A stretch of 62,373 nucleotides of DNA, filler included, from Chiloscyllium plagiosum (taxonomy: Eukaryota): the NCBI RefSeq assembly GCF_004010195.1. It is 3 parts of one record of this genome, joined end to end, with 100 filler letters (N's around TTAATTAATTAA, not from the genome) between each part and the next. Parts side by side here need not be neighbours in the genome. Positions count along the whole stretch, not along the records: positions 30,839 to 48,249 come from NC_057712.1; positions 48,350 to 62,373 come from NC_057712.1; 1 more part is not named here. One strand, given 5' to 3'. The translations under genes were made by a program, and so were the position numbers. How positions within the stretch are numbered: position 1 is the first letter of the stretch; each line of letters begins with the position of its first letter. Below the pieces are notes generated by a model. It had not been told where the DNA came from. It saw nothing but the letters and a program-made list of their open reading frames with translations, and did no database searches. Positions 38,895-50,435 of the stretch are shown here, one piece after another.

Positions 38895-39690
38895 TGATGT
38901 AAGGTGTGTGATTTATGTATATTTCAATATCATTCATTTTAGAGTTTGGCTCTTGAACTTGGCTTGTGGATTTTGGAGTGCACATGAGAGAGTTTTAATT
39001 AATTTATTGGTATTTCTGGAGCCAATATTTTAAAAACCCAAACCCATTGCCAACCTGGGCTGATAGTGGAAATATGTTTGCATTGTGAAAGTTATGTAAG
39101 CAGACAGAGTAAACATTGAGCACTTGCTTTCAGTTTAGAAGGAAAGAGCGGGGAGAAACTCATAGCTTTTATTTTCAGTTTGCAGAAGTCCTGGTTGAAC
39201 ATAGATGCATGAAACAGTGTATCCTCGAGAAATTAGAGAAGTTAGGAAATATAACCTCAGTATAAGGATTTAGTCTGACATTTCCAGACCAGAAGGGATA
39301 TTTAAAGCTGAGAAAGTCTAAGCTCAGTGGTGTGACTAATCAAGGAAGAGGCTACCAAACTCAATACTGGGAAACAAAAGAAACAAGTGAAAGCAAATCT
39401 ATAGATGTGAGAGAGAAGTGAACTTTCTTGTATTTTAGTAGTGTAATGTGATGGTGCTGGGAAAGATTGGATTATACTCTTACAGTGTTGCAAACATTTT
39501 CAAATCGTGCTACATGTAAATAACATTGTTTATGCTATTTTATCTTTTCCAAGCATTATGAACTTCTAAAATCAAAACTGCAACATTGCATGCTTGTATA
39601 TCAATGAAAGATCTTTTTGTTGAATTTCGAAAAATGATATGATCAAGCGAGATTTCAGTCTGGAATCTGATTTGTCCAATAATAATCCTT
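38895..39690 (+). mobile_element. Possible decayed solo LTR
   Basis: TG start, a ttcagtttgcag motif shared with about 50895, and a terminal gatttcagtctggaatctgatttgtcc motif. No TSD confirmed. Confidence 0.35.
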
Positions 39691-40383
39691 TAAGCTGTGC
39701 AGCTATATGTGTGTGTGTGTGTGTGCGAAGCTGCTCCAAGGTTCCTTGCATAGTAGTTGATTCACTGCTGCACAAGGATCTCAGAGGCTCGTGCAGCCAG
39801 AAAGAAATTGATCATAAAACTGGCATGTATCTTACTTGTCATTTATCAGCCTGAGACTTAATGTTGTTCAGGTGTTGCTGCATTGAGATATGAACTGCTC
39901 CAATATCTGGCAAGTTACAAATAATATTGAACGTTGTACAATCATCAGCAAACACTCAAACATCTAACTTTATGGTGGGAGTACTGTCATTGATGAAGCA
40001 GGTGAAATTGGGTGAATCTATGAACTCATGCAGTGATGTCCTGGGACTGAGATGACTAACCACCAACATTCTTAACCATCCCCCTTTATGCTAGGAATGC
40101 CTCAAGCTAGCGAAATGTTTTTCTCTGATTTTGATTGATGTCAGTTTTGCTGGGGTTCTTTGATACCTTGATATCAAGGGCACAACTCTCACCTTAACTG
40201 TTAAATCCTTAAAGAAAGCAAACCAGACAGCTGTATAAAAGTATTGGGGGTTAGGAACCATGGTGGGTAAATGAATCTCCCTTTGATATTCAATGGCATT
40301 GCTATCACTGAAACCCCACTATCAATATCCTGGGGGTTACTATTGACCAGAAACTGAACTGCACTAGCCATATAAGTACCACG

Positions 40384-40585
40384 GAGAAAGTGAGGACTGC
40401 AGATGCTGGAGATCAGAGCCAACTCATGTGGTGTTGGAAATGCACAGCAGGTCAGGCAGCATCTGAGGAGCAGGAGAGCAGAATTCACATTCCTGATGAA
40501 GAGCTTGTCTTTAAAACATCGATTCTCCTACTCCTCGGATGTTGCCTGAGCGGCTGTGCTTTTCCAGCACCATACTTTTTGACTG
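40384..40585. mobile_element. Penelope inverted terminal insert (family A) with decayed hammerhead
   Basis: gagaaagtgaggactgcagatgctgg arm, then attcCTGATGAagagc... reverse arm. Approximate TSD atataagtac/atataaatac. Confidence 0.8.
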
Positions 40586-41118
40586 ATGATGATATAAATA
40601 CTAGAGCTAAAGGTAGGTCAGAGACTCAGAATCCTGTAACACGTAACTCACCTTCTGACTCCCCAATCTCCAAGCCACAAGTCAGGAGTGTGATGATTTA
40701 TATGATTTTGATCTTGAGTTTATTGTTACATGTATGTAACAGTAAGAATACAACAAAATACAGTGTCATTATTAATAATTTAACAGCAAGGAAAAAAAAG
40801 AAAGACATAGCTTGAAGAGACTCCATCAGTCCTGAGCCAGCTCAACACCTTGAATGATGCCTGTGCCACCATCTCTCTGACACTGCTTCATCATCGTCTG
40901 TGCAAGAACGACCAACGTCAGAGTTGTGTCTCTCACTGCTGGGCCCACCCCACCCATGTTGCCGTGATGCTCTTTCCATCGCTTTGCCACCGTCAGTGCT
41001 GGACCCAACCAACAGTGAAGTTGCCTCAGGTGCTATCTTGTGCTGCTGGGCCTGCCTTAGCAATGTCGATATAGCAGCTACAGATTCCAGGTCCTGTACT
41101 TGCTCTAGAAAAGTAAGT

Positions 41119-41295
41119 CCATGCTGGGCACTCTCCTCCGTGCTGGGCCCACTGTCCTCTGTGCTGTGCCCACTCTCCTCCGTGCTGGGCCCACTTGAGG
41201 TCCACGCTGGGCCTGTTTCTGTCCATGCTGGGCCTGCTCGAGGTCCACGTCCTGGACCCGCTTGAGGCCTGTACCTTGGACCTGCTTGAAATCTG
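41119..41295. repeat. GC-rich minisatellite (21-bp units changing to about 24-bp units)
   Basis: Repeated ccgtgctgggcccactctcct-like units. Confidence 0.85.
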
Positions 41296-42049
41296 CAGTG
41301 AGATCTATACATTGGGCTCTCACCACTGCCAATGCCATCCAAACTCAGAAGAAGATAAGGTGGTTAATCTTCTTGAACTGCTGCACTTCGTCGGGAATAT
41401 GGACACCACGGTGCTGCTGGGAAGGGAGTTCCAAGATTTAGACGGAGGAACTGAAATGAAGAAATGAAGAAAGAGCAAAGCGGTCAGAGTGGATGAACCC
41501 AGCACAGGAAATGTACTCCATTGCCACCTTGGGGAGGAATGATGGAATATTTCCTTCTTGCCTGAATGACTGCAGCTCCAAAAATTCTCAGGAAGCTTGA
41601 CATCATCCAGTAAACAGCAGGCCATTTAGTTGGAGGCACAACCTTCAGCACTGACTCCCTTTACCCTCCATGCACATTCCCATGAATGTGTACCATTGAC
41701 AAGATGCACTGCAACAATTCACCAAGGATCCTTTGACAGGACCTTCCAAACCTGCGATCTCCATCACCCGGAAGGACGAGGGCAGCAGATACATGGAACA
41801 CCACTATTTGTTAGTTCCCCTTCAAGACACACACCAGCCAGACTTCAATCTATATCCCCTTTCCCTCACAGTTCCTACATCTAAATCTTGGAACTCCCTC
41901 CCCAGCAGCACTGTGGTGTCCATATTCCCCATGGAGTGCACCAGTTCAAGAAGATTGTTCAGTACCAGTTTTGCAGTTAAGGATGGGCAATAAATATGAT
42001 GACAGGAATGCCTACATCAGATGAATGAATAGAAAAACTATAGTGACAT

Positions 42050-42290
42050 TTTTGTGCATTACTGTGGGAGTGCTGCACTAATGGAGGAGTCGGTTTTCAA
42101 ATGAGATATTAAACCAAGGCATCATCTTATTTTGAATGTCTTCCCTGTTCCGGGACCAATATTATTTCTCAATTAACATGACTGATAAACCACCTTATCT
42201 GGTTATTATCATATTGCTGTTTCTGGGGTTTTGCTCAGTGAAAACCATCTACTGTGAAATATGAATTAGATTTAAGTCTTTGGGCTGAAA
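42050..42290 (+). mobile_element. Deu-domain SINE fragment
   Basis: gggagtgctgcact..tttcaaatgagatattaaaccaaggc..ttatctggttattatcatattgctgttt. Confidence 0.75.
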
Positions 42291-43884
42291 TTGCTCATCG
42301 TTTTAGTAAATTGCTTTTGTCGGTGTGGTTTATGAGGGTAGAGAAACAGTAACTTAATCAAGCTGGTAGCAACTCTTTCCTCTTGTTATTGCACAGTGCA
42401 ATGTGATGTGAAGGGCAGGATTTTCAAATTCATGTCCTGGTGAGTAAGTTGAAGCCTCTGACTTAGACTAGCAACGATTCATCTATCCTTCATTTTACCT
42501 TTGGAGTTGCTTTTCCTGATTCCACAATCAGCCTCTTCATTCATTTCCATTCAGTGCCCTTACATAACATTTTCATTCCTGAGCATGTCTTTTCAAATTG
42601 CCATGCCCTTGTTGGCCATATTGTCTCCTCATGTCAAAGCCAAAGTGATTGTGACTTATGAGAAATCCCCTCCTGTAGCTCCCCATCCCCTCCGATGCTC
42701 CATAAAAACCCACTCTTGTGATATTGACTTAGCACAGTGCCGTATAGTGACATGACACTTCCTTGCCTATTGTTCTGAATAGTGACAACCTGTTTGTCTC
42801 TCCCTCTGCTTGGAAAACAATGTAAGCTAGAAAGACTGGAAGACTACAAGTCAGCAGAAAGTGAGTGAATCCTAAGAAATTAAATTCAAAACCATAGCGT
42901 GCATGTCCTTGTGAGGAAAGCAACCTGGTTGAAGCATGCAAATCATAGGTCTCCTGTGCTCCAAAGTGACATCCTGAAAGACTGAAGTGGTGTGAAAGTT
43001 GGTCTAAAAGCATGGTGATGTGGTGAGGCAAGTGATTTGGTGCACGCGACTTGTGTTGCTGAAGATTGTGATGACTATGGAGAATGTTGTGTTGAAGATT
43101 TACCTGAAGGTCTAGAGATGCAAGCGACGAACGGCTGCCAATTAACTGATCTTACTTTCATGTTGAGAGTTTCCACCATGTAGTTTCTCTGGGAAAGACA
43201 GGAGAATTTGGAGCAGCACCAAACGAGAGTAAGGTTAGCTAATAATGAGACACAACTAAAAGAAATAAGATTTTTGCTGCTCATTAGTGAGATTCAGAGT
43301 TCATCTTTTAAAAGCTGAGAGGAAAGTCGGAACTTTTTCCTCAATGTCAGGAATCTGATTCTTTCATTCGTGCCATACTTTATAGCCATTGCCAATACTG
43401 CTCAAGGCAATAGAATATTCTGCTCTTCATTTCTAAAAGTAAGCTATCCAGTTAAGGTTCCTGTAATTTCTGAGGCACTAACAATGCAAAATGGCTTAGA
43501 AACTTTGTCCAGCCAAAAACTGGCAAGAACCTGAATCAAGTGCTCGTTTGACTTTCAACAACGTCTTCTGGATATTCCATACTACTCATAATGTTCCCAT
43601 CCTTTTCCATTGTCTCCATTGACACATCTGTAGAAGGTTTATTGGACTTATCCATTATTGAACTTAGCATGAGTCATATTAGTTCATGTGAAGTACAGCT
43701 GCTAAACATGGAAGTAACTGAAAAGGGCGACATATCTTATTTCTGAAAGTAAAAAGCAATGTTACGTTTGTGCATTTCAGCCATAAATGGTTGCTTCTCA
43801 GGGGGTTGGAAGAGCAGTTAGTTTTTGGAACTCGCTTGCCTAATGTCAGTATTAGCAATCCCGAAGGAGCAATTGTCTTGCTCC

Positions 43885-44085
43885 TTCCATATGCTGCTAC
43901 ATTATTTTGAAGAAGAACTAGGCGAGGCCTTTTTGGTCAATATTTAGTGCTCAATTAATGCTGCTGAGACAGATTATCTAATTATCACCATGTAGCTGTT
44001 TGTGGGACCTTGCTTTGGGCAGGATTGCTATTGCATGCCTTACCTTACAGCATTTCAATGCATTTTGTGATATTCTGAGGCTATA
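43885..44085 (+). mobile_element. Deu-domain SINE fragment
   Basis: attttgaagaaga..ggtcaatattta..acagattatct..gctgtttgtgggaccttgct. Confidence 0.7.
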
Positions 44086-45764
44086 ACTTCAAGCTGTTCT
44101 TTTCCTGTTTCAGTGTGCTTTTGCAGAAGATTGCACAGAAGTTTTGTTGTTGGTTCAGCTCTTTGTACTGGGTTTACAGCCATGTCTATGCTGATGGAAT
44201 TCAAAACAGCATAACTAGGTAACTTCTATTATTGTCCCTCCACAGACCAGTGGTAGATGTAACACATTTGCCTTAAAAGTTGAAATAATGTTATTAATTA
44301 TGTCAAGCAAATGCTGTGTCTAACAAAAGGCATCTAAACAATTGTAAACCTTGTGATGCACAGCTCATCAAACTTTGTTCAGGCAAGAGGATTCTAAATA
44401 CAGTGGATTATCTAATTGTTCTAAACTTGGAGTTGCAAAGCACTCTCACAAAAAGTCTGTTGCAATGACTGAACATTAAAGAATGAGGGATCAAAATTTA
44501 AGGGTGAAAACGTGCAAGTGACATTCAGGAAATGTTAGCTTTCCGTATACATTTCTCAGAGGGAGAAGTTTAAGTCATACCTGCTGAAATGAACTACATT
44601 CGAGATACTCTATGCACTGTAAGAGCACAGAGCTTGTTGTATTGTGCATTGCTAATCCAGAGATACGACAAGAGATTTTCTTTTCCGCTTTGATTGTTGA
44701 ATTGGGGAACAATTTACATGACAATTTACAATTTTGGTTGACCCATTTGATTGATTTAATATTCAATTTCAATTGCCCTGAAATGACACTGGATATTCCG
44801 CCCTTAGAAATTAATTTAAGTGTACCACTTCCCATTCTGGTAGTGCTAATACTAAAAATACTAGTTGTATTATGTAGATGTTTGTGTAAGTTCTGCTTGA
44901 GTATAAATTGTACTATGCCTTTATAATATATAAACTTGCTTTCTGTAAGAATAAATACCATTCTCCATTACTGGTTTCCTCCACATTGTCAATTCCTTCC
45001 ACTAGTAATTTAAACTTCTTACAGCATGTGGGAAGGATCCCACACACATTTTTCCAAGCATCTGATTCCAAGTCCTATTTTGGCTTCAATAATGTGGCTG
45101 AATTTCCACAGGATGCAATGTGAACTCTTATCGGTTTACAATGTCTGCAGCATGAAAATGTGATTGAAATATTGAGCTTCCAGAAAGTCATTATTTATTC
45201 GATGTTTTGAAGCAATTTTAAAGTTTAACCATGGGGGAGGGAGTTCAGTTGGAGTTGTGCCAACCAGATGGAGTTTTTCAGAATATTGGAATGGGGACAA
45301 GGGTGTGGGCTGTAGGGGTGTCTTTTAAAATATTCTTTCTTCAATGCAACGTTCTGTGTTTTTATTGGAGTTTACAAACATCTACAGAATTCAGGCAGGG
45401 AAAACAGATCCAAATGTGTTCGACAACAAAATAGACACAGCCTTATGGTTAAATAGTTCATTCCCTACCTAATTATTCCCTGACACTTAGCACTTTCTCT
45501 TGATCAAGTCAGTTCACAGAAGTTGGCTAATTAACATCAACAACTTAGATTTATATGGCATCTTTAAACTAGCAAGCTGTCCCAAGTCATTTCACCAAAG
45601 CATTATTACAAAAAATATTGATTTATTTGAATCTAAGTATCCTTGTTTTGCAGGAAGAATATCTGTGATATTGTCATCTTAGGCTGTATGAAGTTAGTTT
45701 ATAAATCTATAGGCAATTTCATTCAAAGTTTGGGACATTTATCTCTTGCGTTAATTTTTCATAC

Positions 45765-46552
45765 TGTGGTCAAGTGACCATGGGCCCAAAATTGGATATT
45801 CCAAATTAACCTAACTTGGGAGAAATTGGGCCTGACAGAAAATAGGCCAAACCTTAATTAACCAGCAGCTATTGCTATGGAAAAAAGTGAAAACCAAGAT
45901 CAAAGTGGTCACAAAGGTTACAACCAGCCTGAGGGTTGGGTTTTGGAGTAGTATTGAATAGACTTTCTGACACCTTGACTTCCAGCCTGTGCCCAAGGGC
46001 ATGCATCTTACAGCTCCCTAGCATGGAAACAGCAAAAGATGTTGGTGCAATCCCACTGGATGCTTTGAATCCCACTGATGACCATATTGTCCAAAGGCCA
46101 GAGAACATTCTGGAAGATCTGGGGTGAAAAGAGATAAAAACACATCTCTGGAAGCCCCATCCTCAGTGAAGACTTGTAGCAAGTCTTGTGATGGAAGACC
46201 ACGCAGCAACCCAAGAAGATCCAGGAGAAGATCCACCCTGACATGCAAGATCCACCTTTGTAGAAGAGAGCCAGCCCTATCAGAGGGGAAGGAGATTCCA
46301 ATGACCCAGCTCAAACATAGACATCATTGCAGGATGTCCCTTCTCAAATGGATGCAGCTGGACAGAGAATAAACATTGTGGGAATTTGGGAAATGTTCAT
46401 TGGGTGTTTTTAAAAAGGAATATTTTGTCAATAAAATCGAGTTGAACTGCAAACTGAATCCTGTGTCCCTTTGTGCACCTCACTGACAAGAACGCTTCGG
46501 TAAAGTGTTTTCAATATAAAAACTGGTCAAGGGGTTCAAAATGCGGACAACA
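45765..46552 (+). mobile_element. Putative 5' LTR of an LTR retroelement/ERV
   Basis: TGTGGT...ACAACA termini, AATAAA at 46430, and a PBS-like sequence 1 nt downstream. The left boundary is inferred. Confidence 0.6.
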
Positions 46553-46553
46553 T

Positions 46554-46573
46554 TTGTGTCCCTGGATGGTCTC
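46554..46573 (+). promoter_or_regulatory. Degenerate primer-binding site complementary to tRNA-Asn
   Basis: TTGTGTCCCTGGATGGTCTC versus TGGCGTCCCTGGGTGGGCTC (reverse complement of the vertebrate tRNA-Asn 3' end): 16/20. Confidence 0.7.
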
Positions 46574-47615
46574 TGATTAGAAATGTTTGTAGAACCTCTG
46601 AAGTTGAACCCCACCAACCTCTTGGACATCCAAAACTGAGCCTGAATTAAGGACAGCTGCTCCACTTGACAGCCAGGATTCATGTGGGTGATAAAGAGTA
46701 AAGGTTTCCATAAATTAAGCACTTGTAACATGAGGAAGACTAACAGCCATGATTCAGAGCGGGAATAGTCCAGGATGTGGGTACAATTGGGTGGGAATTT
46801 TGTGAGAATTAGACCCTGATCCCATTAATCTCCTGGAACAAAGTCCAGTGGAAGGCAGAGAGAGCAGAGTGAGTCAGAGTTAGTACAGGATTGGGGACCC
46901 ATGGAAAGGAAATGAAGCAGAGGCTACTACAGGATTAGGGATCTACAGAAAACAGAGGGAAGGAACCTGAATAGTGGGTCAGAAACCCATGAAGTGGTGA
47001 GAAGCCAGATATTGGGATCGGGCACCCACGAGGATACAGAGAAGTTACAGAAGCCTTTGGACCTATGAGGTAAGAGTCAGTGAAAAGGGTCAGGGACCCA
47101 GATTTGCAGAGAAGTGAAAAGGCAGCTAATATAGGGTCAGGAACCCACAAGAGAAAGAGAGAACAGTAAATTAATTTGAAACAATAGGAGGAATGGTACA
47201 GTACCTGGAGTGAGAAGAGGTACAAAGAGTGGAATAAGAAGTGGCCAAGGTGGGTCGACCATTGCAGGGAGCAAATATCAGATCCAGGACCCAGGGAACA
47301 GAAATGCTAGGACGCAGCATGGAAAGCTGAAGGGATGTGTGTTTTAAACCTCAACAAGGCTGTAGTGATAGCCAGCAGCAGGAGTAGCTGTGGTGTAGAG
47401 AATGGGAGAAGGGAAGTAAGGAGGTGAAAGAAGTGAAAGAACAGGAGAAGGGAAAAGTCAAAGCAGTCCAGCCAGAGCAGGGAATGATATGTGCATTTGG
47501 GATAATAGAATCAGATGGGGACAGTGAGTCTGGGATAGACTGGGAGGAAATGGAAGAACAAGCCCATGGATACACCAAGAGGGGCAAAGATTAGAGACCC
47601 CACTTCCCTATTCTG

Positions 47616-47995
47616 GCACCTCAGGAATCTTACCCTGCCCCGATGAACCCACTGACCACAACATATTAGGACGGCAAGAACAATAATCCAATTACTTATA
47701 CAATGCTGTTTACAGTGGTGCAATTGGAGGAGATAGCAAAAAAGATCCTGTATTTGAGCCCACAGCTGACCTCCAAATGTTTTTTGACAGCACTTACTAA
47801 CAAAATGTTTTCCAAGGGCTCGACAATATTGAGGAGGTAAAATTAATATTAATGTTCCTGAGCCTCACGATCCATTCTGCCTGACCCAATCTTCAGAATG
47901 TGGGAGGAGGGAAACTGCAGGCCATGAAAATAGCAATCCTAACCTTGTTAGGATACAATAGAGGACAGCCCATGGTGGGATTAAATCAGTGTAGG
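47616..47995 (+). pseudogene. Decayed gag-like reading frame of the tRNA-Asn-primed element
   Basis: With two frameshifts and two stops: APMNPLTT..QLEEIAKKIPVFEPTADLQMFFD..EEVKLILMFL..NLQNVGGGKLQAMKIAILTLLGYNRGQP. Position downstream of the PBS fits a capsid region. Confidence 0.5.
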
Positions 47996-48012
47996 TGGTA
48001 TAAATTTTCCAG

Positions 48013-48249
48013 GAGAAAATGAGGACTGCAGATGCTGAAGATCAGAGCTGAAAAATGTGTTGCTGGAAAAGCGCAGCAGGTCAGGCAGCATCCAAGGAGC
48101 AGGAGAATCGACGTTTTGGGCATAAGCCCTTCTTCAGGAGTGAGGAAGGTGTGCCAAGCAGGCTAAGATAAAAGGTAGGGAGGAGGGACTTGGGGGAGGG
48201 GCATTGGGAATGCGATAGGTGGAAGGAGGTTAAGGTGAGGGTGATAGGC
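48013..48249 (-). mobile_element. Penelope 3' terminus (family A) running into the gap
   Basis: Near-identical to 33414-33590. Hammerhead core GAAA is mutated to AAAA. Confidence 0.85.
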
Positions 48250-48349
48250 NNNNNNNNNNNNNNNNNNNNNNNNNNNNNNNNNNNNNNNNNNNNTTAATTA
48301 ATTAANNNNNNNNNNNNNNNNNNNNNNNNNNNNNNNNNNNNNNNNNNNN
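48250..48349. other. Assembly gap with artificial six-frame-stop linker
   Basis: N44-TTAATTAATTAA-N44. Confidence 0.95.
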
Positions 48350-48923
48350 GGAAAAATATTTTGGTAAACTGGGTGGCTGAGGGCCCCCCTGGACTTTCAA
48401 ATTGGCACAGATTAATTATGGAATGTATTCCCCTTGACTTCCTCACAAATATGGTGCACCAAAAGACCGAATTATTCCATAAAATATGGCAGCTCTTCTT
48501 GAATTATAGAAATGCAGATATTTCGGCCATCCTAACAAGGGCTTTTATTTAACTGAGATGGCGAACCTGGCTGGTCTGGGCTCCTTGGGAGAGGAATAAT
48601 GTACGAATACGGGTTTTGTTACATTTGATGTTAATACATTCCGAGCATGTATCTCACTACCCAATTTCAGTGTTATCCGTCAGTTTTTTTTTTCACTTAT
48701 TTGAATAATGTAAGAGACTTAATTATACACTCTGGTTAGTTGTAGGTTAGATTAGTAGTTAGTTGAGTTCTGTTTTTTTTCTTGGTATTTTTCTTTTGTT
48801 AAACTTTGGTTATTATTTATTTAAGATTTAATTGTATATCAATGTTTATATTTGGGTTCTTTTTATTATTTTGTAAACTTGTAAAAATGCTAAATTTTCA
48901 ATAAAAATATCTCTATAAAAAAA
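48350..48923 (+). mobile_element. L1-clade LINE 3' end
   Basis: Close reverse complement of 28767-29290, ending aataaaaatatctctat plus poly-A. Confidence 0.9.
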
Positions 48924-50435
48924 GAGGGAAATCAGGAGGCAAAAAGGGGACATGAGATAGCTTTGGCAGATAGAGTTAAGGATAATCCAAATGTTTTTAC
49001 AAATACATTAGGGACAAAAGGGTAACTAGGGAGAGAATAGGGCCCCTCAAAGATCAGCACGGCAGCCATTGTGTGGTGCTGCAGGAGATGGGGGAGATAC
49101 TAAACGAGTATTTTGCATCAGTATTTACTGTGGGATAAGGACATGGAACATATAGAATGTAGGAACGTAGATGGTGACATCTCGAAAAATGTCCATATTA
49201 CAGAGGAGGAAGTGCTGGCTGTCTCTGAAACGCATAAAAGAGGATAAATCCCCAGGATCTGATCAGGTATAACCTAGAACTCTATGGGAAGCTAAGGAAG
49301 TGATTGCTTGGCCCCTTGCTGAGATATTTGTATCATCGATAGTCACAGGTAAGGTGCCAGAAGACTGAAGGTTGGCCATTATTTAAGAAAGGTGGTAAGG
49401 GCAATACAGGGAACTATAGATCAGTGAGCCTGACATAGGTGGTGGGCAAGTTGTTGGAGGGAATCCTGAGGGACAGGATGTACATGTATTTGGAAAGGCA
49501 AGGACTGATTAGGGATAGTCAACATGGCTTTGTGCATGGGAAATCATGTCTCACAAACTTGATTGAGTTTTTTGAAAAAGTAACAAAGAGAATTGATGAG
49601 GGCAGAGCAGTGGACGGGATCTATATGGACTTCAGTAAAGCGTTTGGCAAGGTTCCCTGTGGGAGACTGGTTAGCAAGGTTAGATCTCATGGAATACAGG
49701 GAGAACTAGCCATTGGCTCAAAGGTAGAAGACAGAGGGTTGTGGTGGAAGGTTGTTTTTCAGACTGGACGCCTGTGACCAGTGGAGTGCCACAAGAAATG
49801 GTGCTGGCTTCACTGCTTTTCATCATTTATATAAATTATTTGGATATGAAAATAGGAGGTATAGTTAGTAAGTTTGCAGATGACACCAAAATTGGAAGTG
49901 TAGTGGACCATGAAGAAGGTTACCTCAAAGTACAATGGGACCGTGATGAGATGGGCCAATGGGTTGAGGCGTGGCAGATGGAGTTTAATTTAGATAAATG
50001 CGAGATGCTGCATTTTGGGAAAGCAATGGTAAGGTCCTAGGGAGTGTTGCTGAACAAAGAGGCCTTGGAGTGCGGGTTCAAGGCTCCTTGAAAGTAGACT
50101 TGCAGGTAGATAGGATAGTGAAGAAGGCGCTTGGTGTTTTCTTTTATTGGTCAGAGCATTGAGTATAGGAGTTGAGAGTTCATGTCGTGGCTGAACAGGA
50201 CATTGCTTAGGCCACTTTTGGAATATTGCATGCAATCCTGGTCTCCTTCCTAGCGGAAGGATGTTGTAAAACCTGAAAGAGTTCAGAAAAGATTTACAAG
50301 GATGTTGCTAGGGTTGGAAGGATATGGGTCAATTTCTGGCGAATGGGACTTGATTAAGTTGGGATATCTGGTCGGCATGGATGAGTTGGTCTGAGGGGTT
50401 TGTTTTCATGCTGTACATCTCTATGACTCTATGAC
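48924..50435 (+). mobile_element. CR1 ORF2 RT plus tail with internal deletions
   Basis: QHGFVHGKSCLTNLIEFF, YMDFSKAF and KFADDTK motifs, with a ctatgact tail. Confidence 0.92.

Larger units (their letters stand above)
40270..42030 (+). mobile_element. LINE (third CR1-like family) 3' part with nested inserts
   Basis: atcctgggggttactattgaccagaaactgaact, later SKSWNSLP, then ggatgggcaataaat and a (gaat)n tail. Confidence 0.7.

Noticed and set aside
39707..39725. (TG)n microsatellite, and (GA)n near 52355
   Set aside because: Ordinary short simple repeats.
41119..41295. CRISPR-like array
   Set aside because: Contiguous degenerate tandem units with no unique spacers, in eukaryotic DNA.
40842..41342. 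166-aa and other overlapping ORFs with repeats
   Set aside because: Stop-free frames produced by a GC-rich 21-bp minisatellite.
42830..42850. gactggaagact (DWKT) as candidate PPIL4 exon 9
   Set aside because: Flanking codons do not match CEVIR or GESLCYAFIEF, and there is no suitable acceptor.
44575..44961. Overlapping 128-aa (-) and 104-aa (+) ORFs in non-repeat-looking DNA
   Set aside because: No recognisable motif or convincing splice context. It could be an old relic, but I cannot support a call without BLASTX.
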